DNA of 64,000 bases from a virus (IMGVR_UViG_3300032138_000647:32001-96000), one strand, 5' to 3'; shown: positions 19,119 through 29,926, counted from the first letter of the stretch. Notes: generated by a model from the sequence alone, not told the origin. Translations and numbers: made by a program.

Positions 19119-22100
19119 TGACACACGGAAAAGAACACGGATATCAAAATTACGCTATAGTGCCCGGCTCTGGGGTCAGTGAGCTTGATTGGCCTGCTAG
19201 CGGCGCTGTACCAGAATCCTATTCAGCAGGTGGTTGGACTTATGGTAATGAGGGGTTTGTGCAGCAAACCTTTCTCGGAGCTTCCATACGATCTTTCAAT
19301 GTCAATGGAGGCTTTGGTGATTCTAGCTCCTCTCTTAGTGTAGCATTGGTCAATGATGAATATAACGAATCGGACAAGACTGGAAAAGGCAAGGGCGACG
19401 ATGTCTATCATGACGGGAATGCTGATGATTTTTCACCGCCCCCCGTTGGTTCGCCTGCGTTTTTTAAGTTTGGGAAAAACCACGCTACAGTAGAGGACGC
19501 TTGGAGAAAAGTTTTTGATGATACATACTATTGGTATCCCGATTGGCCTGCTGCGGGCTGGGATACAGGAAAACTATACACTGGAAGCGTAAGGCAAACC
19601 ATACCACCCCTCAAAGAGTTTCCAGTAGATAAAGGGCCTAGCGGAGAAATACTTGAGATACCTGAACATAACTATTACTTTATGGGTTCTGATGATCCAA
19701 TAGACCTAGAAGCTCAAACCGGTAGCTTAACTACAACCGCAACAAACGAAAAAAATAGGTGGAGCGATCAACGTCTTAGGTTTGACCCTTCCTATATGGG
19801 CAGAGGAAAGGATCACTTTGCGTTTGGCGGGGTTATCCAAAGCTATACAGAAAATCGTGGAGGTGGAGGTAATCCCCTCTATGACGTAAAGATGGTTGAT
19901 CCTAGAGAGATACTTTCTAATGCTACGCTAATTCTAAATAACTATACTGGGACCACCTTTAACAATAAAAATCTATTCAATATTTATGGGTTCTTGGAAT
20001 ATGACCCAAGTGACGGTCTGAAAAACACCCTGCGCGCTGCTTATAATGTTAATGACTCAGAGCCAATTCCCGGTGTCAATCCCACCAATGGTCAACCCCC
20101 TATGCTTGCCAAGTATGTGCAGCCAAATGGTGGTATTTTATACTTTGGTGATGATATGTATAGGAATGTCCCCTCTATCCCCTTTAGCTTCTCTGTTGCT
20201 AAATTGCCAACAACGTTTCCAATCACAGGGCGTGGCTATTCAAGAAGAGGAGATAAGGGAATACCATACTACAGGGTAAGCCAAGCTATTACTGCGTTGT
20301 TTAATTATGACGGAGCATTGCCAGCAGAGTATGTGGCTAAAGGTTTTGGTGGCACTATTAATTTTAGAGGGTTTAATTATGTGGTTGACTTTGGTGGCAT
20401 TCCTCTTGATAAGATACCGAAGTTTTATTTTCTAGAGTTTGACCAGATTGACATGCTGGCTTTGGCTCAGGAGTTGTGTGATGTGATTAGCCACGATCTA
20501 TTCGTAAGCTTGCTTCCAGTCATAAATCATCCTGCCGTAGATTGGCTTTATGAATGGAATAAACATTGCATCTCTAGCAATAAGCCAGAACAAACAGTTC
20601 ATGGAATTATACGTGTAGATGCTATCAATAGATCAGATAAGCCAGACTACGGAAGTATAAAGAAATTCTTGGACAATCTTCATACGAAGGGTATTGAAGT
20701 AGAAAATAGGGATGTTGGTTTTGAGCTATCTAACGTCGTAACAGACAAGTTTATAGCTGGCGCTCAAGAAACAGAAATGTACTACTTCTCTAATAATAAA
20801 GATAGAGACTTTCTGGAGGTGCGTAAACACAAGGAGGGGGTAAGCAACGAATACGATAAGCTGCTGGGAGATCAGTGGTATCTTAGCACAGCTTTTGAAC
20901 AGCAAATACTTCCATTCTATGGGTTCCTTGGTAAGGATGCAGTTACTATACCTCGTGGGTTTGGTGCCTACAAGCAGATATTACTAGATTCCACATCGCT
21001 TAACGCGAAGGGTGTCGGTAATTATTATATAGCCACGGAGCTTGAGCTTAGGCATGCTGACATCTCATTTGAACAGTGGAGAAACTTTTTGCTGACCTAT
21101 AATGACGTATACATGGAGTCAATGGAAGCAAACGATGCGGTAGAAAAGACCCTACTGAATAGCATCCCTGCATCATCAGGGATACCCGCAGGTAAAAAGC
21201 TGAATCCCAATATATCTAATAACCACGGCGTGTCATCACCCCGCTGCGTGTTCAGGTCCGACAGAAACTATATGGGCGTAGATGGTCTGCCTGCCAGTCC
21301 TTGCAATCCACCATATGGATACCCACTGTATTTTAAGCGGGCTGAAAAAATCGGTATTCCCGAAGCGGGTCTAGCCAAAATAACCGCAGCAAAGACTCAG
21401 ATACAAATGAATCTAGCAAAGCTAAAGTTGCCGAAATCACAAGAAACGTTTACGGAACTTCGCGGTGCACAAATGGGCGAATACAAGGATAAGATTTTTA
21501 AGAATGTACATCAGTTCTTTAGCGATGGTACTGCTCTTTTTGAGGCCGCAAAGCCTCTTGGTCGCGCATTGATGGGCGTTTCTTTGCTGGGAAGTTGGCT
21601 GAAAAATGAAAAAAATGAGTCAATGCTTACGGCTGCTAGCGGAGCCATTGGGGATTGGTTTGATGACGCTATTGCAAATAGAGCCAACCGTGAATATGCC
21701 ACTCAGGTGGGTATGATTAAAACCTTTCTGGAAAAAAACGAAGACTTGCTCAAGCAAACGCAGAGACTACAGGAAGAGGGTATGGAGAATGCGCTTAAGG
21801 TATACAATTTTGTAAAGGAAATTGCTAGTAAGCATCTTGGTAAAACCTATCTTGTTAAACTTCCACAAAGGTGCAATTTATCATATGCCAAGAATATAGT
21901 CATGAATACAACGGGTGCATCACAGGGTGTACAGTTTCACCCAGATAATGCCAACGCCGCAGACGATGCGGCCCTAGGCGTCATGTCTGTTGGTGACCGT
22001 CAGGAAGCTGTTAAAGGGGCTGTTAGGATGGCCACGGCTAGATCAGAGAGGTTATCGGAGCCTGCTTATGGACCTTTTGGGTTCATGCCTAGGCCGATAT

Positions 22101-24556
22101 CTGCTGCACCTAGATATGCATTTGGGTCAGTGTTTGGTGGTGTATTCCAGCAGCAAATGCTTCAGAATCGAATGCAATACGAAGGGCTGCCGATATCTAA
22201 TGGGCTTACTGTGCTTAATCAAAGTGACAAGTCTGTAAATCAAACTTTGGGTATGCATGGAAACGCTAATCCTTTAGGAGCTTACACCTATGGAGCCTTG
22301 AAGTGTCACTACAATCCAATGGTAGATGCATATCAATACAATTACGAACCGGACAGTCAAGGGGGATTCTTCCCGTTTGATCTTTTTGAGAATATGCTTA
22401 CACCTTCAGACATGGGCAGCATACCCAATCAGTCCAAAATGCCACTAGGCACTAGGCAGGTTCTTTGTCCGAAAGATCTTACTAACTTTATTACAGACGG
22501 TGGGCGGATTGGGGCTTACATAAGATACGATAACAGTCAGTTTTTAAGCTTTAATGGAATTAGTAAGGAAGAGCTTACTCAGCAAACAGTTGATGCTAAT
22601 GGGTATATGATTCCAGATCTGTGTGAAGAGATGGATAACATGAAGCAGGATGAGTTCCACAGCTTCAATAGTAAGGAAAAGCTACAGTCTTTACCAAAAG
22701 CCGTCGCCTTTGTGAAGTGCGATATAGACAGCAAGCTTTATATGCCCCCCAAGTCAGTGGGAGTTGACCCCCTTAAAACAACAGCTTTGACTAAGCTGGG
22801 GAAAATGAGGACGGCTACAGGAACATCACACCATCCATCTCCTGTTTTTCAGGACGCTGTTTTTGGTAGAAACGTAGTAGATATTGGTCAGATTGCAGAA
22901 CCTAGGCGGCTGTGGAATGCTTCTGGGTGCTTCTGGGAAAATAGCTATGCATATTACGAGTCTCATTATGTTCCTGATCCAGAAACCGGTGGCGATGACG
23001 GAACACTGGTGCAGCAGGAAGATTTTTACAGAGAATACAACGCCGTGCTAGATGGTGATATTATACGAACAGATATTGCTGGTCTGGATTCAGATCATGT
23101 CTACGCCCTGATAACCGTTCCGGGCAAGGTTGTTCCCACCCATGATTCTCGACAGAAGGATGGCCCTTATTTTAGATACCAGCCTGCCCTACTCCATCAC
23201 TTGCTTACCATGGATACGGTGAAGGGTGTGATTGGATTTGAGAAGCCTAGCATGAGGGGGAAGCCTACCAATTTCCTAGTAGAGCAGTGTGCAAATGTCC
23301 AAATAGACACAATTGTCAACGCCCTTAACGCGCAGAAGAAAGCACTCGAAGAGATGACACTTGCAAACCCGGAGGCTCAGCTTTCGGCAGCATCACCGTC
23401 TCCGGTGTATCCAGACCTAGTTGTCCTCCCGCTAATGTCTACAGAAAGATGCTATGGACCATGGGTTTCTTCGCATATCGACGCGCAGGCGGCAAACCAC
23501 AAAGACATAGGAGGAAAAATAGAATACATCAAGGATGAAAACTTAGCTCCTTGGAACTTTGCGGGATACCAACTAATGAATGAGGCTGGAAAGCTTCAGG
23601 CGGTATTCTCCAATAGCCTTCTACTGTTTTCTGAAAGGGGGGGATTTGTTTATCCCGGAGCGCCGGAGGGAAATAGTCTAGCAAAATCTCTATCTGACGG
23701 AGGCCCGCTGGTAACAAGTATTTCAGTTGATGTCGGTGCGGGGGGAATAAAAACCACCTACAAAATGGATTTATACACGGCCAACTTTGGAAAAATAGCC
23801 AAACAAAAGGAGCAGCTTATTGCTAAGGTGGCCAGAGAAAGGCAAAAGCTGAGGGACGAAAGAAACTCTCTAATTAGAAAGGGGATTGGGAAGGGGCAAA
23901 GTTCTCAAAACCTTGGTCTTGTGAACAAGATGTTTGCCGGTGTGGAGGCCATGAAGTCGCAAACTGATAACTTGATGACCACTCTAGACAAGGGTGCTAC
24001 TTATAGTGACATGATTATTGGAAGCGTGGTATCCGCAGAACACAAGGGGCATGACGATGCCGGTGAGGGAAACACAACCAGAGAAGTTGGCTTCGAGGTT
24101 AGTTCACAACCAAATAAGATACTGAAACAAGCTATGGGAATTACACCATCCGAGGATATGGCTAGGAAGCAGGACTTAAATACGTTTGGTGGAAGCTGGA
24201 GCAATCTGTTGGCAGGAACTTCAAAAGATGTATACCATCCAGATGCTCCCTATTTTCAAGCCATTAATCCTACGGCCAATAGAGAGAGGTATTATCTGGA
24301 TGATGATGGTCTTCCAGCGCAAAACATAGATGGGATTACAGAGGCTAGCAGTGGCGGTAGCAGCGGTGCAGGTGGGAGCGGTGGAGGCGCAGGTGGCGGA
24401 ACAGGTGGTGGCACTGGCGGAGGAACCGGCGATGGTACTGGTGGTGGTCTCAACGACCCCGGCGGTGGCGCAGGAACAGGTGACGGTACTGGCGGTGGTA
24501 CTGACGGAGGAACCGGTGGTGGTACTGGTGGTGGAGATGGATATGAACCTTACTAA
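19118..24556 (+). CDS. Large tail/baseplate hub-like protein (about 1812 aa) with a Gly-rich C-terminal tail
   Basis: Start reassigned to ATG 19118 (TAATG overlap). Hub-like beta motifs at the N-terminus (FLGASIRSFNVNGGFG, YDVKMVDPREIL) and near the C-terminus (LVTSISVDVGAGGIKTTYKM). Confidence 0.55.
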   Translation: MTHGKEHGYQNYAIVPGSGVSELDWPASGAVPESYSAGGWTYGNEGFVQQTFLGASIRSFNVNGGFGDSSSSLSVALVNDEYNESDKTGKGKGDDVYHDGNADDFSPPPVGSPAFFKFGKNHATVEDAWRKVFDDTYYWYPDWPAAGWDTGKLYTGSVRQTIPPLKEFPVDKGPSGEILEIPEHNYYFMGSDDPIDLEAQTGSLTTTATNEKNRWSDQRLRFDPSYMGRGKDHFAFGGVIQSYTENRGGGGNPLYDVKMVDPREILSNATLILNNYTGTTFNNKNLFNIYGFLEYDPSDGLKNTLRAAYNVNDSEPIPGVNPTNGQPPMLAKYVQPNGGILYFGDDMYRNVPSIPFSFSVAKLPTTFPITGRGYSRRGDKGIPYYRVSQAITALFNYDGALPAEYVAKGFGGTINFRGFNYVVDFGGIPLDKIPKFYFLEFDQIDMLALAQELCDVISHDLFVSLLPVINHPAVDWLYEWNKHCISSNKPEQTVHGIIRVDAINRSDKPDYGSIKKFLDNLHTKGIEVENRDVGFELSNVVTDKFIAGAQETEMYYFSNNKDRDFLEVRKHKEGVSNEYDKLLGDQWYLSTAFEQQILPFYGFLGKDAVTIPRGFGAYKQILLDSTSLNAKGVGNYYIATELELRHADISFEQWRNFLLTYNDVYMESMEANDAVEKTLLNSIPASSGIPAGKKLNPNISNNHGVSSPRCVFRSDRNYMGVDGLPASPCNPPYGYPLYFKRAEKIGIPEAGLAKITAAKTQIQMNLAKLKLPKSQETFTELRGAQMGEYKDKIFKNVHQFFSDGTALFEAAKPLGRALMGVSLLGSWLKNEKNESMLTAASGAIGDWFDDAIANRANREYATQVGMIKTFLEKNEDLLKQTQRLQEEGMENALKVYNFVKEIASKHLGKTYLVKLPQRCNLSYAKNIVMNTTGASQGVQFHPDNANAADDAALGVMSVGDRQEAVKGAVRMATARSERLSEPAYGPFGFMPRPISAAPRYAFGSVFGGVFQQQMLQNRMQYEGLPISNGLTVLNQSDKSVNQTLGMHGNANPLGAYTYGALKCHYNPMVDAYQYNYEPDSQGGFFPFDLFENMLTPSDMGSIPNQSKMPLGTRQVLCPKDLTNFITDGGRIGAYIRYDNSQFLSFNGISKEELTQQTVDANGYMIPDLCEEMDNMKQDEFHSFNSKEKLQSLPKAVAFVKCDIDSKLYMPPKSVGVDPLKTTALTKLGKMRTATGTSHHPSPVFQDAVFGRNVVDIGQIAEPRRLWNASGCFWENSYAYYESHYVPDPETGGDDGTLVQQEDFYREYNAVLDGDIIRTDIAGLDSDHVYALITVPGKVVPTHDSRQKDGPYFRYQPALLHHLLTMDTVKGVIGFEKPSMRGKPTNFLVEQCANVQIDTIVNALNAQKKALEEMTLANPEAQLSAASPSPVYPDLVVLPLMSTERCYGPWVSSHIDAQAANHKDIGGKIEYIKDENLAPWNFAGYQLMNEAGKLQAVFSNSLLLFSERGGFVYPGAPEGNSLAKSLSDGGPLVTSISVDVGAGGIKTTYKMDLYTANFGKIAKQKEQLIAKVARERQKLRDERNSLIRKGIGKGQSSQNLGLVNKMFAGVEAMKSQTDNLMTTLDKGATYSDMIIGSVVSAEHKGHDDAGEGNTTREVGFEVSSQPNKILKQAMGITPSEDMARKQDLNTFGGSWSNLLAGTSKDVYHPDAPYFQAINPTANRERYYLDDDGLPAQNIDGITEASSGGSSGAGGSGGGAGGGTGGGTGGGTGDGTGGGLNDPGGGAGTGDGTGGGTDGGTGGGTGGGDGYEPY
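24344..24545 (+). repeat. Low-complexity tandem GGG(T/A)/GDGT-encoding repeats at the C-terminus of the 1.8-kaa protein
   Basis: Translation SSGGSSGAGGSGGGAGGGTGGGTGGGTGDGTGGG...GGGTDGGTGGGTGGGDG, with imperfect 12-bp units such as ggtggtggcact and ggcggaggaacc. Confidence 0.9.
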
Positions 24557-24579
24557 CATAGGAAACTAGGAGAATTGTA

Positions 24580-27500
24580 ATGGCTAAGTTTAAAGGCATG
24601 ATGGGGCAAACCCACGAGGCGCTCCATGTAATCACGACTAAAGATCCATACTTTAGGTCAATAGGATTGGTGAACTTTACCAGTGGCCAGTTGTGGGAGG
24701 CTCTTAAAAACAATGTCGCATTAAATACAGACCCTAACGGAGCACCAACTGGCCGCAGTCAGCAGGCAGTCTGGAATCAGATCATGACTTCGGAAGATGC
24801 CAACTTTATGCACATGGATGACGCTTCCAAGGAGACCACTAGGCTTGAACTGACTAGCTATCTACCTTTGGCAAACTCTGGACCATTTGCTGTTGATGAT
24901 CTTATAGGGCTAAACAGAGACTGGGCTAGCGGGTTATACCAAACAGATACTCATCCTGAAGAGTGCAAGCTATTGAAGCACGTAAAAACCGGCAGAGGTG
25001 GCTATGTGCAATGGTCTGGTGGACCGCCAACTGCGGGAGGTGCCGCAGCGTCGGGTTCTTCGGCTAGCGGACAATTAACTGCTGGCCTATATATAGACTT
25101 TACTCCAGATGTAACCGCTACCCCATCCGGCTGGGCCAGCGGAGTTCCCCACTTCCCATCTGGCCAAAGCGGTATTATTCGTGCTGGACAAAATAAATGC
25201 GTCAAGGGGTTTCACCCTACGTTTCAGGTAAGGTTATTTGATGGAAGTAGGGCGCGTAATAGTGATCGATCCATGGTTGGAAATGGCCCGCCAACTTTCG
25301 TAGCTATGCCAAAAACAAACTTCGGCAAGCCCTATAACTGGAGGGGGACTGATAACGACGGGACGCCACCCGGACAGTTTGCAGATCTAGAAGAAGGCGG
25401 AGATTCAAACCCTAGCAACATGGTTGGCGGAGAGCTAGATGTTGCCTATAATAGGAATACGGGGAAGTTTGAAGCGGGAACTATACAGTGCATAGCAAGG
25501 CTGTTAGATGATATTGCTGCCGCTCCACTGCTACAGTTTCCAGAGGGAAATGTAGACCTTTTAACGCAAGACTGCTTCATGCCTAGCAGCGATCAATATA
25601 CCGGCTTCTTCGCTACTGGCAGGGCTACCCCAATGAGCGTTCATCATGGTAATCCTTATACGTTTGGTCCCACTTGGAAGGGAAAGAAGTGTAAAAAAGA
25701 TGAGAAGGAAATATTGATAGCTGTTAATAGAGCACAAAGAGACTATAAGGCTGGCGAAACCGTCATGCTTAATAAGATTGACGGCGAGTGGATTATCCTC
25801 CCCATGGGAGAGATTGATGTTGTGACACCCGGAATGTTTGGTATACAGCAATGGTCATTCAGTAGTTTTATAGCCAACTCTAATGGGTATTTTAGAGACA
25901 ACAGGTATGAAGAAAAGTTGTGGACAAAGGCTGGGGCATGGGGGCACTGGGGAGGGACGATAGTAAATGAAGACGTGCATTTTATGATTCCCGGTGGTTC
26001 CAACTCGCAGTCAGGTGGTTCTGTTAACTTGACTGCACAAGAGATGAAAGTTATTAAGACAGCCGACTATGAGGATGGGTTCAGGCGAGAGTTTTTCTAC
26101 TCTATGTTTTATGATGATGGTTCTATGATCTTTGCTACGCCGGGGTTTGCGATGTTTCCCAGTCGTAAGGCAAAGGATGCAGCACTTAACCTAGGGTACA
26201 ACGTGAATGGTCTTCTTACTGCTATCGCCAAAGGGAAGGCTGGTCTACCCGTTGCTTCGGGAGCATATATCCGCACTAACATGGTGGGTGCACTAAATGG
26301 ATATCACCAAACATCAAACTTCGATATGGTTAGTAAAGCGTTTGGCGGAGTAAACACAAGAACGATACTTGGTCAGCAAAACCATGATATGAAGTGTGGC
26401 GGACAAGAACAAGAGAAAGACGATGACGGAACAATTCCGGGGTGGCAAATGTATCCTTTCTGGGGGCCTATGTTCAAAGACGGATACAGAACTGTTCAAC
26501 TCGACAGCATTAGGAATAAGACAGTAGATATTGTACCTTGCGGACCCACAAACGCCTACTTCTTTAACGCCAACTTGCCATCGTTGGGCGCAGGAGATGG
26601 CAAGTCTATCATAAACATGGATACCGATGCCAATATGATGGGTGGGCCTTTTTCTTGGGTTGAATCTGACGCTAGTGGCGTTCCACTCACCCGAAAGCTT
26701 ACTACTAGCAACGAGGGACTTCAGTTGCCAGCAGATATAGCTTTAAATGCTTCACCTAGCGGGCTAAACGGTAGGCCGATGGAAGATCTTCTATACATTC
26801 AAGCGTGGTCTAACGTAGATACCAGAAGGAAAGACCTGTTTGAGAGGATGAAGTATATGTTTAAGAGAGTAGATCGGTTCGGTAACGTTATTACTGGCAG
26901 CGGATCGCAGGCAAGGTTTACATGGTTGGCAGACCCAAGTGGGTTTGATAGTGTTAACAATCACGATAATCCTTCGACATCGACATATGACCTCAGACCC
27001 CTTTCGCCAGAAAAGATTTCTTTTTATCCAGCCACTGTAGAGTGGGTTGCTTCTACCGACCCACACACTTTCTTCGGTCCTAGGTCTGATGAGCAACTGT
27101 ACGGTGGGCAGAAAAGGTTTCCGTGGGTTCCAGTCTCTTATCAACAACATTGGCAGAACGCAAGGAAGAATTGGCTTGGTGGCGGAGGGGCTGGGGAGGA
27201 GTTTAAGCTGAATGGATATACATCACCTTTACCCGGATTCACATTCCTTAACACCCCCGATGTAGGCATGGGAAATCTGTATGATATAATTCCGCAAAGG
27301 TTCTTTCAGAGAAACCAGAGGGCAAGGCTTCACGGCAATAAGCTATTGGCTCAAGACAGTACTGGTAAAAAGCTTTACCCCCTCAAGGGGCTAGCATGGC
27401 AAGGCGGTCACAGCATAGATGTCCTACCGTGGGATTATCGAGTTATGGGCAAGTCTCCTAATAAATATTACCCCGGTACAATGGATTATTACAAGGACAA

Positions 27501-29097
27501 CGCCAATGTAGTCAGCATTGTTGCCTCAAAGGTTCGGATACGAGCAAGGGCTAGTGAGCTTGTATTTATGACAGAGCAGTTTTTGGGGGTCAATGTACAT
27601 GCCACGGTTTCTGCTGGAGGAACGGTTGTTGGAACATTCATAGGGTTCTTGTTTGGTGGTCTAAGCGCAACCGGACCCGGACCACAGACTAATAGTCACC
27701 CACAGTGGGGCTATGTGCCAGATAATGTGGAAAGCTTTGGAACTACAGCTTTACACGGAAGGCTGTTCGATCAGTGGCCAGACGAACAAACTGTATACGA
27801 CCCAAGATACTTTGCCGTTCACCACTTTAATCCGGGAACAGCAGATGAGGTTATAAAAAGCTGGGCCATGACAAGTAGAACGGTATTCTGGGAGCCTGAC
27901 CCGGCAACGAATGGTAGCGGCAATTTGGCACCCGACGATTCGATTAACGTAAGATTTCGACATACGGATGGAAGTCTCGACACCACAAGCTTCGCGGTTC
28001 GTTCAAAACCGAAGGGAAAATGGATGCTGGGAGCACCCTATCCGCACTTTGAAGATGCTGTTATACACGGAGTTGACCACAGGGAGCCTACTTGGGGGCC
28101 GCTGCAAACTGGACCAAACGGAGGCTTTTCCATGGGGAGAGACGGACTGTATGGAATTCCCGGAGAGCACGTATTTGGCGTTCAGTGGGATGGTGGTAAT
28201 GGTATTTACTCTATGAGGCCAACTGGGGATTGGAACATATCTAATACCAGACGCGGAATGCTCCTGTCAAACGGCGGGTTTAAGCATCACAGGCGAACTA
28301 TAGGCGCTGGCGACTTAGAGTATATTGATGTGTCTAGTGGAGATCCTCTAACTACGCCACAAGAGGGCGGAGCTTGGGGGGCTGACCCCCACGATGGGAT
28401 TGATGCAGGATATGATTTTCAAGTAAACGATTTCCTAGAGTTTTATGGAGGCTCAGGAAAGGGCGCTAGACTTCAGGTCACAGCGGTAGAAAGAAACCGC
28501 AGAACAGGCAAAGGTAACAGTTCTAAGGGTGCCATTAAGTATGATGGTGGACAGCTTGCCTTAAAATATGTTCTTGCGGCAGGGGATATAGAGGAGAGAG
28601 GTGCAGACTATAAGGGAGAAGATTTCCCAGCGGTCAAAGGGAATCTCGTTCCCGAGAAGGGGGCTTCATATACAGTAAAGCTGCTACCCACAGATACTCA
28701 AAGTAATGGAAAATTTAGCGGTGGAAGAGAGCCTAGATTACGAGCAGGAAAGATAATAGAAAAGGTCTATACGGATCTTGGGCCATCAGAAAGGGGAAAT
28801 TTGGCGCAATTGTCGCTAGGAAGCAACAACGGAAACGGAAACACAATGGGGTGGAGCGGTCAACCTAACGGAAGAACAAAGGGAACTAGGCAGATATCAT
28901 ACAACATAGCTAGTGAGGGAGATCAAAAGTCTATATTTGACCAAGGAAATCAAGGAACTGTCAAGCACAAGACGCCTGTTGGATCATATGATGCATTCCT
29001 GTATTTTCATAGCGATGTAGGACATATAAGCAACCACGGGGGAGGACTCATGAATGCTCAACAAAACTATATTAACCTTCAAATAACCACACAATAA
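24580..29097 (+). CDS. Large virion structural protein (1505 aa)
   Basis: AGGAG RBS. Gly-rich. The C-terminal GYDFQVNDFLEFYGGSGKGARLQVTAV...RGADY unit resembles repeats of phage baseplate/tail proteins. Confidence 0.6.
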   Translation: MAKFKGMMGQTHEALHVITTKDPYFRSIGLVNFTSGQLWEALKNNVALNTDPNGAPTGRSQQAVWNQIMTSEDANFMHMDDASKETTRLELTSYLPLANSGPFAVDDLIGLNRDWASGLYQTDTHPEECKLLKHVKTGRGGYVQWSGGPPTAGGAAASGSSASGQLTAGLYIDFTPDVTATPSGWASGVPHFPSGQSGIIRAGQNKCVKGFHPTFQVRLFDGSRARNSDRSMVGNGPPTFVAMPKTNFGKPYNWRGTDNDGTPPGQFADLEEGGDSNPSNMVGGELDVAYNRNTGKFEAGTIQCIARLLDDIAAAPLLQFPEGNVDLLTQDCFMPSSDQYTGFFATGRATPMSVHHGNPYTFGPTWKGKKCKKDEKEILIAVNRAQRDYKAGETVMLNKIDGEWIILPMGEIDVVTPGMFGIQQWSFSSFIANSNGYFRDNRYEEKLWTKAGAWGHWGGTIVNEDVHFMIPGGSNSQSGGSVNLTAQEMKVIKTADYEDGFRREFFYSMFYDDGSMIFATPGFAMFPSRKAKDAALNLGYNVNGLLTAIAKGKAGLPVASGAYIRTNMVGALNGYHQTSNFDMVSKAFGGVNTRTILGQQNHDMKCGGQEQEKDDDGTIPGWQMYPFWGPMFKDGYRTVQLDSIRNKTVDIVPCGPTNAYFFNANLPSLGAGDGKSIINMDTDANMMGGPFSWVESDASGVPLTRKLTTSNEGLQLPADIALNASPSGLNGRPMEDLLYIQAWSNVDTRRKDLFERMKYMFKRVDRFGNVITGSGSQARFTWLADPSGFDSVNNHDNPSTSTYDLRPLSPEKISFYPATVEWVASTDPHTFFGPRSDEQLYGGQKRFPWVPVSYQQHWQNARKNWLGGGGAGEEFKLNGYTSPLPGFTFLNTPDVGMGNLYDIIPQRFFQRNQRARLHGNKLLAQDSTGKKLYPLKGLAWQGGHSIDVLPWDYRVMGKSPNKYYPGTMDYYKDNANVVSIVASKVRIRARASELVFMTEQFLGVNVHATVSAGGTVVGTFIGFLFGGLSATGPGPQTNSHPQWGYVPDNVESFGTTALHGRLFDQWPDEQTVYDPRYFAVHHFNPGTADEVIKSWAMTSRTVFWEPDPATNGSGNLAPDDSINVRFRHTDGSLDTTSFAVRSKPKGKWMLGAPYPHFEDAVIHGVDHREPTWGPLQTGPNGGFSMGRDGLYGIPGEHVFGVQWDGGNGIYSMRPTGDWNISNTRRGMLLSNGGFKHHRRTIGAGDLEYIDVSSGDPLTTPQEGGAWGADPHDGIDAGYDFQVNDFLEFYGGSGKGARLQVTAVERNRRTGKGNSSKGAIKYDGGQLALKYVLAAGDIEERGADYKGEDFPAVKGNLVPEKGASYTVKLLPTDTQSNGKFSGGREPRLRAGKIIEKVYTDLGPSERGNLAQLSLGSNNGNGNTMGWSGQPNGRTKGTRQISYNIASEGDQKSIFDQGNQGTVKHKTPVGSYDAFLYFHSDVGHISNHGGGLMNAQQNYINLQITTQ

Positions 29098-29122
29098 TAT
29101 CTCACGGGGAGTCGGATTTTTC

Positions 29123-29138
29123 GTGTATATTATAGTAG
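29123..29138 (+). promoter_or_regulatory. Putative phage late promoter GTGTATATTATAGTAG
   Basis: Lies in the 63-bp intergenic gap before 29161, upstream of a strong AAGGAG RBS. The motif is shared with 2310 and 14522. Confidence 0.45.
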
Positions 29139-29160
29139 AAACTTACAAGGAGAACTTATA

Positions 29161-29925
29161 ATGGCTGCAATTACATTTCTTTCGCAGGTAAATGCGGGTG
29201 AAACCCAAAATACTATAAACCATACCGCAGGCTCTGGGTTGGGCTTTTACGGCGCTGGATACGGCGTGTCTGTACCTGTTGGTCAGACTCAAGACAGTAC
29301 TTGGGTCACGAACTCAAACGGAACTGAAAGCTCACTTCAATACGAACTGTGGAACACCAAAAACGGAGACCCTTCCACTGATACTGGAAGTTCAGTAACT
29401 AATGGTAAGGTTCAAAGCGGAGGCTCTACCAGCAAGATCGAGCTAGACCACCTTGCTAACTACAAAGCTCCTCTCAATATACGATTTAGTCACACTGAGG
29501 CCGTGAGGGTTCAGAACTGCAAGCTACGTATTTTCGATAGAAATAATATCGACAAGCACGCAAGCGGAGTAGTGACATATGTATTCGAGTCACGGCATCC
29601 TGCAAAAGAAGTTAGCGCTGAGGGGCTGACGCATCGCGGAACAGCCGGTCACTATTGGTCAGAGTTTGATTCAGCCGATTCAGCCAAGCCAGCAGACATG
29701 GCGTTTACTAGTTCTCCGGGTGTAAGCGGCTTGAATTCTACTACCGCCGATCAGTCCACGATGTCTAAGTTCCCCGACGCTGGTGCCACCTTGCCAGCAC
29801 CAACCTTCTTGGGAACTCTGCATCAAAGTGATCAGCACGACTGGTACGTGGGACTCAGCGCGCAGCCTACAGAGATTGGAAGCAAAACCCATTACGGTTT
29901 GTACTTTACTCTAGAATATCTGTAA
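29161..29925 (+). CDS. Probable virion structural protein (254 aa, Ser/Thr/Gly-rich, beta-rich)
   Basis: Has its own promoter-like motif and an AAGGAG RBS. MAAITF start and composition are typical of abundant virion proteins. Confidence 0.55.
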   Translation: MAAITFLSQVNAGETQNTINHTAGSGLGFYGAGYGVSVPVGQTQDSTWVTNSNGTESSLQYELWNTKNGDPSTDTGSSVTNGKVQSGGSTSKIELDHLANYKAPLNIRFSHTEAVRVQNCKLRIFDRNNIDKHASGVVTYVFESRHPAKEVSAEGLTHRGTAGHYWSEFDSADSAKPADMAFTSSPGVSGLNSTTADQSTMSKFPDAGATLPAPTFLGTLHQSDQHDWYVGLSAQPTEIGSKTHYGLYFTLEYL

Positions 29926-29926
29926 G

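Noticed and set aside
24344-24545. CRISPR array or nucleotide-level repeat element
   Set aside because: The repeats are degenerate Gly/Thr codons within a CDS, with no constant repeat plus unique spacers. No cas genes were seen.
451-28216. Numerous short antisense or alternate-frame ORFs (for example 2011-2523, 17023-17478, 24221-24559)
   Set aside because: They lie almost entirely within long, coupled sense-strand genes and have no recognisable motifs, so they are treated as shadow ORFs.
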